Source: Baekduia sp.
GTDB lineage: Bacteria > Actinomycetota > Thermoleophilia > Solirubrobacterales > Solirubrobacteraceae
Reading direction: 5' to 3'
Assembly: GCA_035554055.1 (NCBI GenBank)
Contig: DATMIZ010000101.1
Span: 77 to 64,076, forward strand
DNA: 64,000 nucleotides
Under the pieces are notes generated by a model. The model did not search any database and was not told the DNA's origin. It worked only from the letters and a program-made list of their open reading frames with translations. Of this stretch, positions 48,157 to 59,751 are shown piece after piece. A program made the translations under genes and the position numbers. The number at the start of each line of letters is the position of its first letter. Positions within the stretch are counted from its first letter, which is position 1.

Positions 48157-49020
48157 TCAAGCGCCGGGCGAAGGCGGCGCGAAGCCGCGAAACCCGGTCT
48201 CGCTCGTAGCGTGGACATCCCCTGCGGGCGCGCCTGCAAAACGTGCCTTCAGATCGGTGTAGATCACAGCGATCAGGCACACGGTGAGCGGTGTCGTGAT
48301 GGCCATCGAGAGGGCGTTACCGCTCTCGAGCAACGCCAGAGCCCCCGTCGATGTCGGATCGAAAGCGACTTCGGCGATCGCGCCCACACCACGCGCGACG
48401 ATGTTGCCGGCGACACCGGCGATCAGGCTGACGGTCAGATAGCGGCCGAACGTCGCCCACCAGCGACCCTGCACGAGCTCGCGCGAGCGTCCCAGCGCCG
48501 CCGTCCCAGACAACTTCTCGTCCAGCAGGGCCGGGGTCGCGACCAGCCACAGCACGACCAGGAAGATCCCCGGGATCAGGCAGAAGACAAACCCAAGTAG
48601 AACGCCGAGACCGCTGAGCACCGACATGACGAGCAACGGCCACCAATGGCTCAAGCTCTCTCGAATCGAAGCGCCGAGCGTGAACGCGGCGTCGCCGCGC
48701 GCCCTTCTCAAGACGAGCGGGAGGCAGAACACAAGAATCAGCGCAGGTATCAGTGCCTGCACCAGCGTCGAGCCGAGCTGCACCAGGACGAACGCGGCCT
48801 CATTCTCGTAGGTGATGCCGTTGTCGTTGAACGCGAAGGCCGCGCCGACGTCGTAGGAGGTCGTGGTGGCATCGATCGCGGCCCCGCTCAGCACGGCGAC
48901 AGGAATCGCTACGGCCAGCGTGAGGAGGAACAGCGGCAAATAGCACCGGCGCAGCAGCTTGAACGTCGCGTCGAGCGTCTGTCCGAAGTCGAGCGGGCCC
49001 CTGATCTCGCCGTCATCCAC
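48157..49020 (-). CDS. Integral membrane protein (GDPD membrane-domain-like)
   Basis: Multiple TMs, CLIPGIFL, ALGRSRELVQGRWW, YTDLKAR. Confidence 0.75.
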   Translation of the reverse strand: MDDGEIRGPLDFGQTLDATFKLLRRCYLPLFLLTLAVAIPVAVLSGAAIDATTTSYDVGAAFAFNDNGITYENEAAFVLVQLGSTLVQALIPALILVFCLPLVLRRARGDAAFTLGASIRESLSHWWPLLVMSVLSGLGVLLGFVFCLIPGIFLVVLWLVATPALLDEKLSGTAALGRSRELVQGRWWATFGRYLTVSLIAGVAGNIVARGVGAIAEVAFDPTSTGALALLESGNALSMAITTPLTVCLIAVIYTDLKARFAGAPAGDVHATSETGFRGFAPPSPGA

Positions 49021-49047
49021 CCGGCGAGCCTACGCGACCAGCCACGA

Positions 49048-49491
49048 TCAAGTGTTCGACCGGCGGACGTCCGACATCCGCACGACCTCGGCCTTGTAGC
49101 GCAACGGCACGAGGTCGGTGCTCAACGCGCGGCGGACAGATTCCAGTTCGGCCTCCATCTCCGCGCGCATCTCACGCGAGCGCCGCTCGAGCTGCTCGAG
49201 GCGACGCTGGGAATGCTCGAGCTGCAGTTCAAGCGCGAGCACGCGCTCGACGCCGGCCAAGTTCAAACCGAGCTCGGTGGTCATCTCCTGGATCCGCCGC
49301 AGCTTGTCGACGTCAGCCTGCGAGTACAGCCGCGTGCCCTTGGGCGAGCGCTTGGGCTCGATCAGGCCGCGCTGCTCGTACATACGCAGCGTCTGAGGTT
49401 GCATCTCGGCGAGCTCGGCGGCGACCGAGATCATGAACACACCGCGTTCGGAGGAGACCGTGACACGCGTGATCTTGCGCCGCGCGCTCAT
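49048..49491 (-). CDS. hspR: Heat-shock repressor HspR (MerR family)
   Basis: [25 protein letters not shown]; follows dnaJ. Confidence 0.92.
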   Translation of the reverse strand: MSARRKITRVTVSSERGVFMISVAAELAEMQPQTLRMYEQRGLIEPKRSPKGTRLYSQADVDKLRRIQEMTTELGLNLAGVERVLALELQLEHSQRRLEQLERRSREMRAEMEAELESVRRALSTDLVPLRYKAEVVRMSDVRRSNT

Positions 49492-50555
49492 TGGAACAGC
49501 TTCGCTCTCGGGTCAGAGCCGTTCATCGCTTCGCTCAGCTTGTCGACGGCCTCGGACTGCTCGGCGGACAGCTTGTCCGGGACGTCGATCACGAAGCGAT
49601 AGTGCAGATCGCCGTTGCCGCGACCGCCGAGCCGCGGCGGGCCTTCGCCCTTGAGGCGCTGGGTGGTCCCATGGGTCGTGCCGGGCTTCACGCGCAGCTT
49701 CTTGCGGCCGTGCAGGGTCGGCACCTCGACGTCCGCGCCGCGCACGGCTTCAGGGATCGTCAGCGGCACCTCGACCTCGGCGTGGTCGCCCTTGCGCTTG
49801 AACACCGGCGACTCGCGCACATTCGTGACCACATAGAGGTCGCCATGCGGACCGCCATTGCGGCCGGCCTCTCCCTTGCCCGCGAGGCGCACGCGTGAGC
49901 CGGTGCGCACTCCGGCCGGGATGTTGGCCTTGTAACGCTTGACCGTCCGCACCACGCCTGCGCCCCTGCAGGTAGGGCACGGATCCTCGATCAGGACACC
50001 GCGGCCGCCGCAGCGCGAGCACGGCTGCGAAATCGAGAACAGACCCTGACCCTGCGATTCGATACCGCGGCCGTTGCAGCGTGGACATGTGGCCGGCGAC
50101 GTGCCGGGCTTGGCCCCGGAGCCCGAACAGGTGTCACAGGTGTCCGTCGTCGGGACCGAGATCGGAATCTGGGCGCCGTCCAGCGCCTGTTCGAACGTCA
50201 GGTCGACCGAGGTCTCGAGATCGGCGCCGCGTTCGGGCCTTGTCGGGCCGCCGCCGGTGAACGCGCTGAAGATGTCCGAGAACGAGCCGAAGTCGGCCTG
50301 CGAGAAACCGCCGCCCTGGCCTCCGGTCATGCCCGAGAAGATCGAGCCGCCGGAGTCGTATTCCTTGCGCTTCTCCGGATCGCCAAGCACGTCGTAAGCC
50401 GCGGAGATCTCCTTGAAGCGCTCCTCGGCCTTCGCGTCGTCGGGGTTGCGGTCCGGATGGTTCTCGCGCGCGAGCTTGCGGTACGCCTTCTTGATCTCAT
50501 CCGCCGACGCCTTGCGGCCGACTCCCAGCACCGAGTAGAGATCAGGCGTACTCAC
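49488..50555 (-). CDS. dnaJ: Chaperone DnaJ
   Basis: HPD J-domain, four CxxCxGxG. Confidence 0.96.
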   Translation of the reverse strand: MSTPDLYSVLGVGRKASADEIKKAYRKLARENHPDRNPDDAKAEERFKEISAAYDVLGDPEKRKEYDSGGSIFSGMTGGQGGGFSQADFGSFSDIFSAFTGGGPTRPERGADLETSVDLTFEQALDGAQIPISVPTTDTCDTCSGSGAKPGTSPATCPRCNGRGIESQGQGLFSISQPCSRCGGRGVLIEDPCPTCRGAGVVRTVKRYKANIPAGVRTGSRVRLAGKGEAGRNGGPHGDLYVVTNVRESPVFKRKGDHAEVEVPLTIPEAVRGADVEVPTLHGRKKLRVKPGTTHGTTQRLKGEGPPRLGGRGNGDLHYRFVIDVPDKLSAEQSEAVDKLSEAMNGSDPRAKLFQ

Positions 50556-51270
50556 GCAGCAACTACCACCTTGGCCGCTCTCAGGATCTCGTCCTTGTAG
50601 CGGTAGCCGGACTGGTAGACCTCGGCCACGGTGCCGGGCTCGACACCCTCCACCGGATGTTGGGCGACGGCGTCGTGGCTATGCGGGTCAAACGGCTGGC
50701 CGACGGGCGAGAACGGCTCGATCCCGACCCGCTCGAACGCACCCAGCAGTTCCTGTTGGACGAGGCGAATGCCGCGCGTGAGATGGTGTTCGGCATCGGC
50801 CTCCTCGGCTTCCGCCGCGGCGAGCGCACGGTCCAGGTTGTCCAGCGACGGCAGCAGCTCCTTGGCAAGCCGCGCGATGCCACGAGCATTCGCCGCGTCG
50901 ACGTCACGTCGGGCGCGCTTGCGCACGTTGTCCGTCTCCGCCATTGCCCGGAGCAGCTGATCCTTGTAATCGGGTTCCGCTTCGGCTTCAAGAACCTCCT
51001 CCGCACCCTCGCCAACCGCCTGCGGCTCGTCGCCGAGGAGGACATCGACCGGAAGGCCGTATGGATGGGAACGGCCGGTGAGTTCCTCGTCCGGCAGAAC
51101 GTGTCCAGCCGTGGGGCCAGTTCCGGAGTCGTCCCGCCCGGGCTCAGGGCCGGTTCCCCGATCCTCATCCGGCAGGATCGGAGGGTGGGTGGGTTCGCTG
51201 CCGGATGAGGTCGGGGAACCGGCCTTCCCAGAATCCGAACCACCATCCCTCGATTTCCGATCGGGGGCCA

Positions 51271-51271
<1 letters not shown>
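50552..51271 (-). CDS. grpE: Nucleotide exchange factor GrpE with long disordered N-terminus
   Basis: [33 protein letters not shown]; ATG overlaps the dnaK TAA. Confidence 0.92.
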
Positions 51272-53211
<1,940 letters not shown>

Positions 53212-53245
53212 TGTGAGCTACTCCTTCTAGGTGGTTGCGACGGAA

Positions 53246-53268
53246 ATCTAAGTCGCAGAGTAGCAGAT
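53246..53268. promoter_or_regulatory. Imperfect HAIR-like operator upstream of dnaK
   Basis: ATCTAAGT-N7-TAGCAGAT; one arm identical to the clpB site. Confidence 0.6.
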
Positions 53269-53283
53269 ATTTGGGTCGAGCTT

Positions 53284-54036
53284 TTAGGCACTCTGGCGCT
53301 GGAAAGTGCGCGCGCCCCACAGCGCCAGCAACGCGCCGAGGGCGATCGCGACGCCCGCCCCGACGAACACTGAGCTGTCCGCGAGATCGCCTCGGAAGAG
53401 AGCCCGCGTGCCGTCCACGACATGCGACAGCGGGTTGATGTCCGCCGCGGTCTTCAACCAGGCCGGGGCGAGGCTCATCGGCAACAGCACCCCTGACAAC
53501 AGCAGCAGCGGCAGTGAGACGCCTTGGACGAACGGTGCGAAGGCATCCTCCTCCTTGAGGATCAGGCCCATCGCAAACGACGCCGCGGAAATCCCCATCG
53601 CCAACACGCAGACGAGCACGATCGACGCGGCCACGCCGTCCCACGACGGGTCGAGACCGAACGGCACCGCGACCAGCACGAGCAGGGTCGCCTGCACGGA
53701 GATAGTGACCATGACCGTCATCATCCGACCGAGAATCAGCGACAGCCGGCTGGCCGGCGTCACCCGCTGACGATCGATCACGCCCTCGCGTCGCTCCTGG
53801 ATGATCCCGAAGCCGGCGAACCCGGCCCCGAAGATCGCCAGCTGCATCAACAGCCCAGGGACGAAGATCCGCCACGAATCGTCGCCGCCGAGGCCTCCGC
53901 CGCTGACGCCCTTGAGCAGCGGCCCAAAGAGCGCTAGGTACAGGACCGGCTGTGTCAACCCGAAGAACACCCAGACCGGGTTGCGCAAGAGGATGCGCAT
54001 CTGACGTTGGAAGACGACGAACGTGTCACCGATCAT
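53284..54036 (-). CDS. ABC-2 type permease
   Basis: QPVLYLALFGP, INPLSHVVDGTRALF. Confidence 0.9.
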   Translation of the reverse strand: MIGDTFVVFQRQMRILLRNPVWVFFGLTQPVLYLALFGPLLKGVSGGGLGGDDSWRIFVPGLLMQLAIFGAGFAGFGIIQERREGVIDRQRVTPASRLSLILGRMMTVMVTISVQATLLVLVAVPFGLDPSWDGVAASIVLVCVLAMGISAASFAMGLILKEEDAFAPFVQGVSLPLLLLSGVLLPMSLAPAWLKTAADINPLSHVVDGTRALFRGDLADSSVFVGAGVAIALGALLALWGARTFQRQSA

Positions 54037-55037
54037 GCTGCCCGCTCCTCTGAATCTGAGTCGTGCTCCCCGGAGTCCTCACGCAGCGACCTGCCGGTCA
54101 GCGTGAGGAAGACGTCATCCAGTGAAGGTCTGCGAATGCTCACCGAGCCGACGGAGACCCCAGCCGCCTCAAGTGCGCTCAGGAGCCTCGCGATGACCGG
54201 CGCGCCCTCGTCGACCGTGACCTTGAGCGAATCCTCGCCGGAGCTGATCTCGCGGGCATCGACCGCCGCTCGCGTCGCGGCCTCGGCGCGCTCCAGGTCT
54301 GCAGACGCGACGCCGACCTCGATCACGTCGCCGTGCACCCGCGCCTTGAGCGCCGCCGGCGTGTCGTCAGCCACGATCCGGCCGTGGTCCATCACAAGGA
54401 TCCTGTCCGACAGGACGTCGGCCTCCTCCAGATAGTGCGTCGTCAGCAGGATGCTCACGCCGGTCTCTCTACGCAGCTTGGAGATGTGCTCCCAGAGATT
54501 GGCACGGCTCTGAGGGTCGAGGCCCGTCGTCGGCTCGTCGAGGAAGATCACCGGCGGCGAATGCATCAGTCCGATCGCGATGTCAAAGCGGCGTCGCTGC
54601 CCGCCGGACAGTTCGAGCAGCGCGCGATCCTCGAGACCCCCGAGGTCGAGACTGGGCGCCAGCTCACGCACCCTCTCCTCCGCCGCCCGCTTGGACATGC
54701 CCTGCAGCCGCGCCTGCGTGACGAGTTCCTCGCCGAGCCGCAGGCCCGCCGACGGCGCTGAGCCGACCTGCGCCACGTATCCGATGCTGCGCCGGACATC
54801 ACGAGGATCGCGGGCGAGATCGTGGCCGTCGATCATGGCCTCGCCGGCGGTGGGCTCGAGCAGCGTCGTCAGCATCCGCAGCGTTGTCGTCTTGCCGGCT
54901 CCGTTCGGCCCGAGCAGCCCGACGATCTCGCCGGGAATGACCTCGAAATCAACCCCGGCCACGGCTTGCACTGGGCCTGTCTTCGTCTTGAACGTGCGAG
55001 CGAGGCCGCGCGCTCTGATTATTGGCTCCCCTGACAT
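54033..55037 (-). CDS. ABC transporter ATP-binding protein (DrrA-like)
   Basis: [37 protein letters not shown]. Confidence 0.92.
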   Translation of the reverse strand: MSGEPIIRARGLARTFKTKTGPVQAVAGVDFEVIPGEIVGLLGPNGAGKTTTLRMLTTLLEPTAGEAMIDGHDLARDPRDVRRSIGYVAQVGSAPSAGLRLGEELVTQARLQGMSKRAAEERVRELAPSLDLGGLEDRALLELSGGQRRRFDIAIGLMHSPPVIFLDEPTTGLDPQSRANLWEHISKLRRETGVSILLTTHYLEEADVLSDRILVMDHGRIVADDTPAALKARVHGDVIEVGVASADLERAEAATRAAVDAREISSGEDSLKVTVDEGAPVIARLLSALEAAGVSVGSVSIRRPSLDDVFLTLTGRSLREDSGEHDSDSEERAA

Positions 55038-55052
55038 ACCCCTAGGACTTTC

Positions 55053-55853
55053 TCATTTCGCGCCGGGCACGAGCTTACGACTCGGGCACATCGTCGCCAG
55101 CACACACTGCGAGCAGAGCGGCGCCTTGGCGGCGCAGATGCGGCGGCCGTGACGCAGCATGTTCACGTGGAACTCGAGCCCGAGGCCCGGCGGCGTGAAC
55201 GCGTTGATCTCGTCATGCAGCTCCTTGAAGGAGGCACCAGGGCGAAACAGCCCGAGCCGCCAGCCGACCCGCGACACGTGCGTGTCGACAGGGATGTCGT
55301 GCAGTCCGTAGGCGAACAGCAACACGCAGGCCGCCGTCTTGCGACCGACCCCCGGCAGCGCGGTCAGGAAGTCGCGCGACACGGTTAGCGGGGCATCGCG
55401 CATCCAATCCAGCGAGAGCGGATCGCCACCCTCAACCCCGTCGCCACCCCCAACCCCGTCGCCACCCTCAGCGGTGTGGGCTGACTTGGCGGTGTTATTC
55501 ACCCTCAACTCAGCCCACACCGCTGGGTTTTCCGCGGCGATCGCTTCGAGGATCGCCTTGATGCGCTTGGACTTCACCTTCGAGATGCCGCCCGGGCGGA
55601 TCGCCTCCTCGATCTCCTCGACGGGCGCGTCGAGGACCGCGGGCCAGTCGTGCCAGCGTTCGCGCAGCCGTAGGTATGCGACGTCGCGATTGCGGTCGTT
55701 GGTCGACTGCGACAGCACAGTGAGGATCAGCTCCGCGAGCGGATCCTCATGCGGGGCCATGCGCGGAGTGCCGTAGAAGTCCGCCAGGCGCTCGCGCAGC
55801 GTCCGCACACGACTCGCGCGAGGGCGCTTCCACTCAGCCTTGGGCACGACCAT
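55053..55853 (-). CDS. nth: Endonuclease III-like HhH-GPD glycosylase with internal insertion
   Basis: VLSQST, LPGVGRKTA, VDTHV, C-x6-C-x2-C-x5-C. Confidence 0.85.
   Translation of the reverse strand: MVVPKAEWKRPRASRVRTLRERLADFYGTPRMAPHEDPLAELILTVLSQSTNDRNRDVAYLRLRERWHDWPAVLDAPVEEIEEAIRPGGISKVKSKRIKAILEAIAAENPAVWAELRVNNTAKSAHTAEGGDGVGGGDGVEGGDPLSLDWMRDAPLTVSRDFLTALPGVGRKTAACVLLFAYGLHDIPVDTHVSRVGWRLGLFRPGASFKELHDEINAFTPPGLGLEFHVNMLRHGRRICAAKAPLCSQCVLATMCPSRKLVPGAK
55469..55525. repeat. 57-bp palindrome within the nth coding sequence
   Basis: CAGCGGTGTGGGCTGA...TCAGCCCACACCGCTG, perfect 16-bp arms. Confidence 0.85.
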
Positions 55854-55875
55854 TGCCGATATCGTCGCGCAGCCG

Positions 55876-56670
55876 ATGGCGGAGCGCACCGAAGACTTAG
55901 ACGGCCAGCCCGTCCACTGGCGTGAAGACGACCACGACGGGATCCCGACCGTCTACCTGCACGGCGTCCCGAACAGCGCGGAGATCTGGGCGCCGTTCAT
56001 CGCACGTACCGGCGGCCTCGCCGTCGATCTCCCGGGCTTCGGGCGCTCAGGCAAGCGCGCCGATCTCGCCTACGACATCCGGTTCTACGACGCCTGGCTC
56101 GAGCGTTTCATGGATTGGCGAGAGCTCGAGACGATCAACCTCGTGGTCCACGACTGGGGCGCCGTCGGCCTGGTGTGGGCGCAGCGTTTCCCAGACCGCG
56201 TCAACAAACTGGTGGTCATCGACGCCGTGCCACTGCTGCCCGGCTACAAAGCACCCGCCCACGTCAAAGCACTGCGAACGCCGGTCGTCGGCGAGCTGCT
56301 GGTCGGCGCGATGTCAAGCCGCCTCATCAAGCTGCTGCTGCGCGGCGCAAACGTCGACAAGCTGCCGGCTGAGTTCTTCACATCGCTCCTGCGCGACTTC
56401 GACCAGGGCACTCAACGCGCGATCCTCAAGCTCTATCGCTCGGTCAGGCCGGGCACGCTCGAGACGGCCGGCAGGAACCTCCTCCAGATCGAGGCGCCGG
56501 CGCTCGTCGTCTGGGGCGCAGCCGATCCCTATCTGCCGGCCGGGCTGGCGATCTCCTACGCAAACGCTCTGGGCGGCGAAACCGAGATCGAGGTCTTTGA
56601 CCGCGCAGGCCACTGGCCATGGGCCGACCGTCCCGAGGTCATCGACAGAGTCGCCACGTTCCTGGCATGA
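55876..56670 (+). CDS. Alpha/beta hydrolase (epoxide hydrolase/haloalkane dehalogenase-like)
   Basis: LHGVP, DLPGFG, VHDWG (Asp nucleophile), WGAAD, AGHWP. Confidence 0.88.
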   Translation: MAERTEDLDGQPVHWREDDHDGIPTVYLHGVPNSAEIWAPFIARTGGLAVDLPGFGRSGKRADLAYDIRFYDAWLERFMDWRELETINLVVHDWGAVGLVWAQRFPDRVNKLVVIDAVPLLPGYKAPAHVKALRTPVVGELLVGAMSSRLIKLLLRGANVDKLPAEFFTSLLRDFDQGTQRAILKLYRSVRPGTLETAGRNLLQIEAPALVVWGAADPYLPAGLAISYANALGGETEIEVFDRAGHWPWADRPEVIDRVATFLA

Positions 56671-58202
56671 CGGCCGTCCGCAAGGCTCCCGTCTGGCTCC
56701 TGGCGGCCGGCCTTGCGCTCCTCTATTACGTGTGCGATCCCCGCACGGCGGACCTGGCCGCGCAGGTCTACCGCACCGAACTGTTCCAGCGCGAAGGGTT
56801 CGCGCTGTGGGACACGGGCTGGTACGCGGGGCACGCCCTCCCCGGCTATTCGACGCTGTTCCCGCCGGCCGCGGCGCTGCTGGGACCGCGCGTGGCGGCC
56901 GCGATCGCGATGGTCATCGCGACCGCGCTGTTCGAGCGTCTCACCGAGCATCGCCTCGCGACCGCACTGTTCGCAACCGGGATGACGTCGATGCTGTTCT
57001 CGGGTCGCCTGACGTTCGTGCTCGGCGCCGCGATCGGTGTCGGGGCGCTGCTCGCCCTGAGACACGACCGCAGGACCGTCGCAATCGCCCTCGCCGTCGC
57101 AACCTCGCTCGGGAGTCCTGTCGCGGGTCTGTTCCTGGCGCTGTGCGGCGCGGCCTACGCGATCGATCGACGACGGCCGCTCGGAGCTGCGATCGCCGCC
57201 GCCGCGATCGCACCGGTCCTGATCCTCGGCCTGGTCTTTGAAGGCGGCGGCACCTTCCCTTTCGAGTTCGACGCGTTCATCCCCGGCTTCCTCGCGACGG
57301 TCCTGCTGTTCGCGCTGATCCCGAGATCTCACTGCCTCCTTCGGATCGGCGTCGCGCTCAACGCACTGCTGCTGCTGTGCGCGTTCACGTTCGACACTCA
57401 GGTCGGCGGCAATGCGATGCGGCTCGGTTCGCTCGCTGCGGCGTCGATCGCCGCAATTGCATTGCTCGACAAGCGCAGGCTCGCCTTTGCGCTGATCCTG
57501 CCCGCGCTGCTCTTCTGGCAGTGGTCCTCGGCGATCGATGACTGGGTCCGCGCCTCCGGCGACGACTCCGTGCACGCCGCGTACTACGCGCCGTTGCTCG
57601 GATTCCTCGACAGGCAGGACACACCGCTGCGCATCGAGATCCCATTCACCGACAACCACTGGGACGCCACGCACGTCGGGCTCCGGTATCCGCTGGCGCG
57701 CGGCTGGGAGCGCCAGGCGGACCGCAAGCTGAACCCGATGTTCTACGGATCCAAGGACTTCGACTCGGCCGAGTACGCACGCTGGCTGCGCGACAACGCG
57801 GTCTCCTTCGTGGCGCTCCCCGATGCGCCGCTGGACTACTCCGCGGCGCACGAAGCGCGACTGATCCGCGCCGGACAGCCGTACCTCAAGCCGGTCTTCC
57901 GCAGCGCCCATTGGCGCGTCTTCGCTGTCAGAGATCCCGCCCCGCTGCTCACAGGAGGCAAGCTTCTGAGCGTCACAACGGACACGATCACGCTGCGATC
58001 CGATGGCGCGGGCACGGCGCGACTGCGGTTCCGCTGGACTCCGTATTGGCGGATCAGCGAGGGCACGGGCTGCGTCGAAAGAGACGGCGACTGGACCAAA
58101 TTGGCGCTACGCGGGGCCGGACGGGTCGAGCTGACGACGACATTCACGCCTGGGCGGATCGGCGCGAGCGGTGCTGCGTGTAGCGGAGTTAGCGGCGATT
58201 AG
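56667..58202 (+). CDS. Multi-TM membrane protein, possible GT-C glycosyltransferase
   Basis: ATGA overlap; acidic/aromatic first loop ADLAAQ..WDTGWYAGH, many TMs, soluble C-terminus with LARGWERQ. Confidence 0.6.
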   Translation: MTAVRKAPVWLLAAGLALLYYVCDPRTADLAAQVYRTELFQREGFALWDTGWYAGHALPGYSTLFPPAAALLGPRVAAAIAMVIATALFERLTEHRLATALFATGMTSMLFSGRLTFVLGAAIGVGALLALRHDRRTVAIALAVATSLGSPVAGLFLALCGAAYAIDRRRPLGAAIAAAAIAPVLILGLVFEGGGTFPFEFDAFIPGFLATVLLFALIPRSHCLLRIGVALNALLLLCAFTFDTQVGGNAMRLGSLAAASIAAIALLDKRRLAFALILPALLFWQWSSAIDDWVRASGDDSVHAAYYAPLLGFLDRQDTPLRIEIPFTDNHWDATHVGLRYPLARGWERQADRKLNPMFYGSKDFDSAEYARWLRDNAVSFVALPDAPLDYSAAHEARLIRAGQPYLKPVFRSAHWRVFAVRDPAPLLTGGKLLSVTTDTITLRSDGAGTARLRFRWTPYWRISEGTGCVERDGDWTKLALRGAGRVELTTTFTPGRIGASGAACSGVSGD

Positions 58203-58234
58203 AACTGTCGTTCTCCGATAATTCACAGGTTAGG

Positions 58235-59044
58235 ATGGACGAGTCGATGGCTCAGGGAACCGCTCGCATCCAGCAGGCCTCGAAGCTGATCTACGGCCGG
58301 ATCTTCCCCCAGGGCGTCGTCGACCTCGCCCGACAGGTAGCGATCTTCTTCGTCGCCTACTACTGCTACCGCTTGACGCGCGGCTGGATCGATGGCCCAC
58401 AGGGCACGATCGTCGCCTTCTCAAACGCGCGCGACCTGATCTCCATCGAGCAGGCGACGGGCACATATTTTGAACCGACGCTGCATCAGTTCGTCAGGGA
58501 CATCGGTTTCCTACGCGACGGCGCGAACCTGCTCTACATGAACGCGCAGACCACGATCGTGCTGCTGGCGCTCATCTACATCTACTTCGTGCACAACCAC
58601 CGCTTCTACTTCGTGCGCAACGCGTTCGTGGTGTCGATGGCGATCGCGCTCGTCGGCTACGCGCTGTTCCCGACCGCGCCGCCGCGCTTCTTCTTCGCGG
58701 AATACAACTTCGTCGACACCGTCAGCGTCTTCACGAAAGTGAACCCAGAGGACCAGGTCAACGCGCTCTTCAACCCGTATGCCGCTGTGCCCTCGATGCA
58801 CTGCTGCTTCGCGATCCTGATCTCCTATCCGCTGGCGAAGATCTCCAAGCACAGGATCACGCGCGTGCTGTGGATGATCTACCCCGTGATCATGGTCCTC
58901 ACGGTCATCGTCACCGCCAACCACTGGTGGCTCGATGCGGCACTCGGCGGCCTAACCGCTGCCGCGTCTTTCTATGCTGCGGGCTGGCTCGCACGCGCCC
59001 GGCCAGAGGCCTGGGCGTTCTCGCCCGACCGCGCCACCGCGTAG
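58235..59044 (+). CDS. PAP2-superfamily AUR1/IPC-synthase-like protein
   Basis: FPTAPPRF, NPYAAVPSMH, NHWWLD. Confidence 0.82.
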   Translation: MDESMAQGTARIQQASKLIYGRIFPQGVVDLARQVAIFFVAYYCYRLTRGWIDGPQGTIVAFSNARDLISIEQATGTYFEPTLHQFVRDIGFLRDGANLLYMNAQTTIVLLALIYIYFVHNHRFYFVRNAFVVSMAIALVGYALFPTAPPRFFFAEYNFVDTVSVFTKVNPEDQVNALFNPYAAVPSMHCCFAILISYPLAKISKHRITRVLWMIYPVIMVLTVIVTANHWWLDAALGGLTAAASFYAAGWLARARPEAWAFSPDRATA

Positions 59045-59053
59045 AAACCAATC

Positions 59054-59695
59054 ATGGCCAAGACTCCTGGGGCTTCGCCCCGCAAAGAGCGTTCCGCTCT
59101 GTCCAGCAACGAGCGTCGTGAGCTCGTGCGCAACGCGCTGATCGAATCGCGCCTGACGCCGAACTTCATCTCGCTGACTGGATTCGTGCTCTGCGTCGCC
59201 GCCGCCGTACTCGTCTGGGAGCGCTATTTCTTCCTCGGCGGCGTGGTGTTCATCATCGGCTCGGTCTGCGACACGCTCGACGGCCGCTACTCACGCATGT
59301 CCGGGAAAGGCAGCCCTTTCGGCGCGTTCCTGGATTCGACGCTCGACCGCATCGAGGAGGGCATCGTCCTCACCGCATGCGCCGCGTACTTCGCCAGTCA
59401 TGGCAACGAACTGGCTGTCGCCGGCTGCGTGATCGCGGTGCTCGCATCGCTGATGGTGAGTTACACCCGCGCACGTGCTGAGGCACTGGGCGTAGAATGC
59501 AAGGTCGGAATCGCGACACGCGCAGTGCGGGTCACGATCCTGAGCGCAGGGTTGGTGCTCGCAAAGGGCGCGTCTCTGGCAGACTTCGAGCTGCTGGAGC
59601 CCGCCGTTTACGTACTCGCGGCCCTAAGCACAATCACTGTTCTGCAGCGCATTTTCCACGTCCGCAAGTCGCTCGCGGACAGCCCCGCCGTGTAA
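59054..59695 (+). CDS. CDP-alcohol phosphatidyltransferase, PIP synthase type
   Basis: TPN, DTLDGRYSR..GAFLDSTLDR, SYTRARAE; next to ino1. Confidence 0.87.
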   Translation: MAKTPGASPRKERSALSSNERRELVRNALIESRLTPNFISLTGFVLCVAAAVLVWERYFFLGGVVFIIGSVCDTLDGRYSRMSGKGSPFGAFLDSTLDRIEEGIVLTACAAYFASHGNELAVAGCVIAVLASLMVSYTRARAEALGVECKVGIATRAVRVTILSAGLVLAKGASLADFELLEPAVYVLAALSTITVLQRIFHVRKSLADSPAV

Positions 59696-59751
59696 CCACG
59701 CGAGGTAATCGGGGTCACTAGGCCCTGAACTTCTAGAAGGGAACGAAAGAC

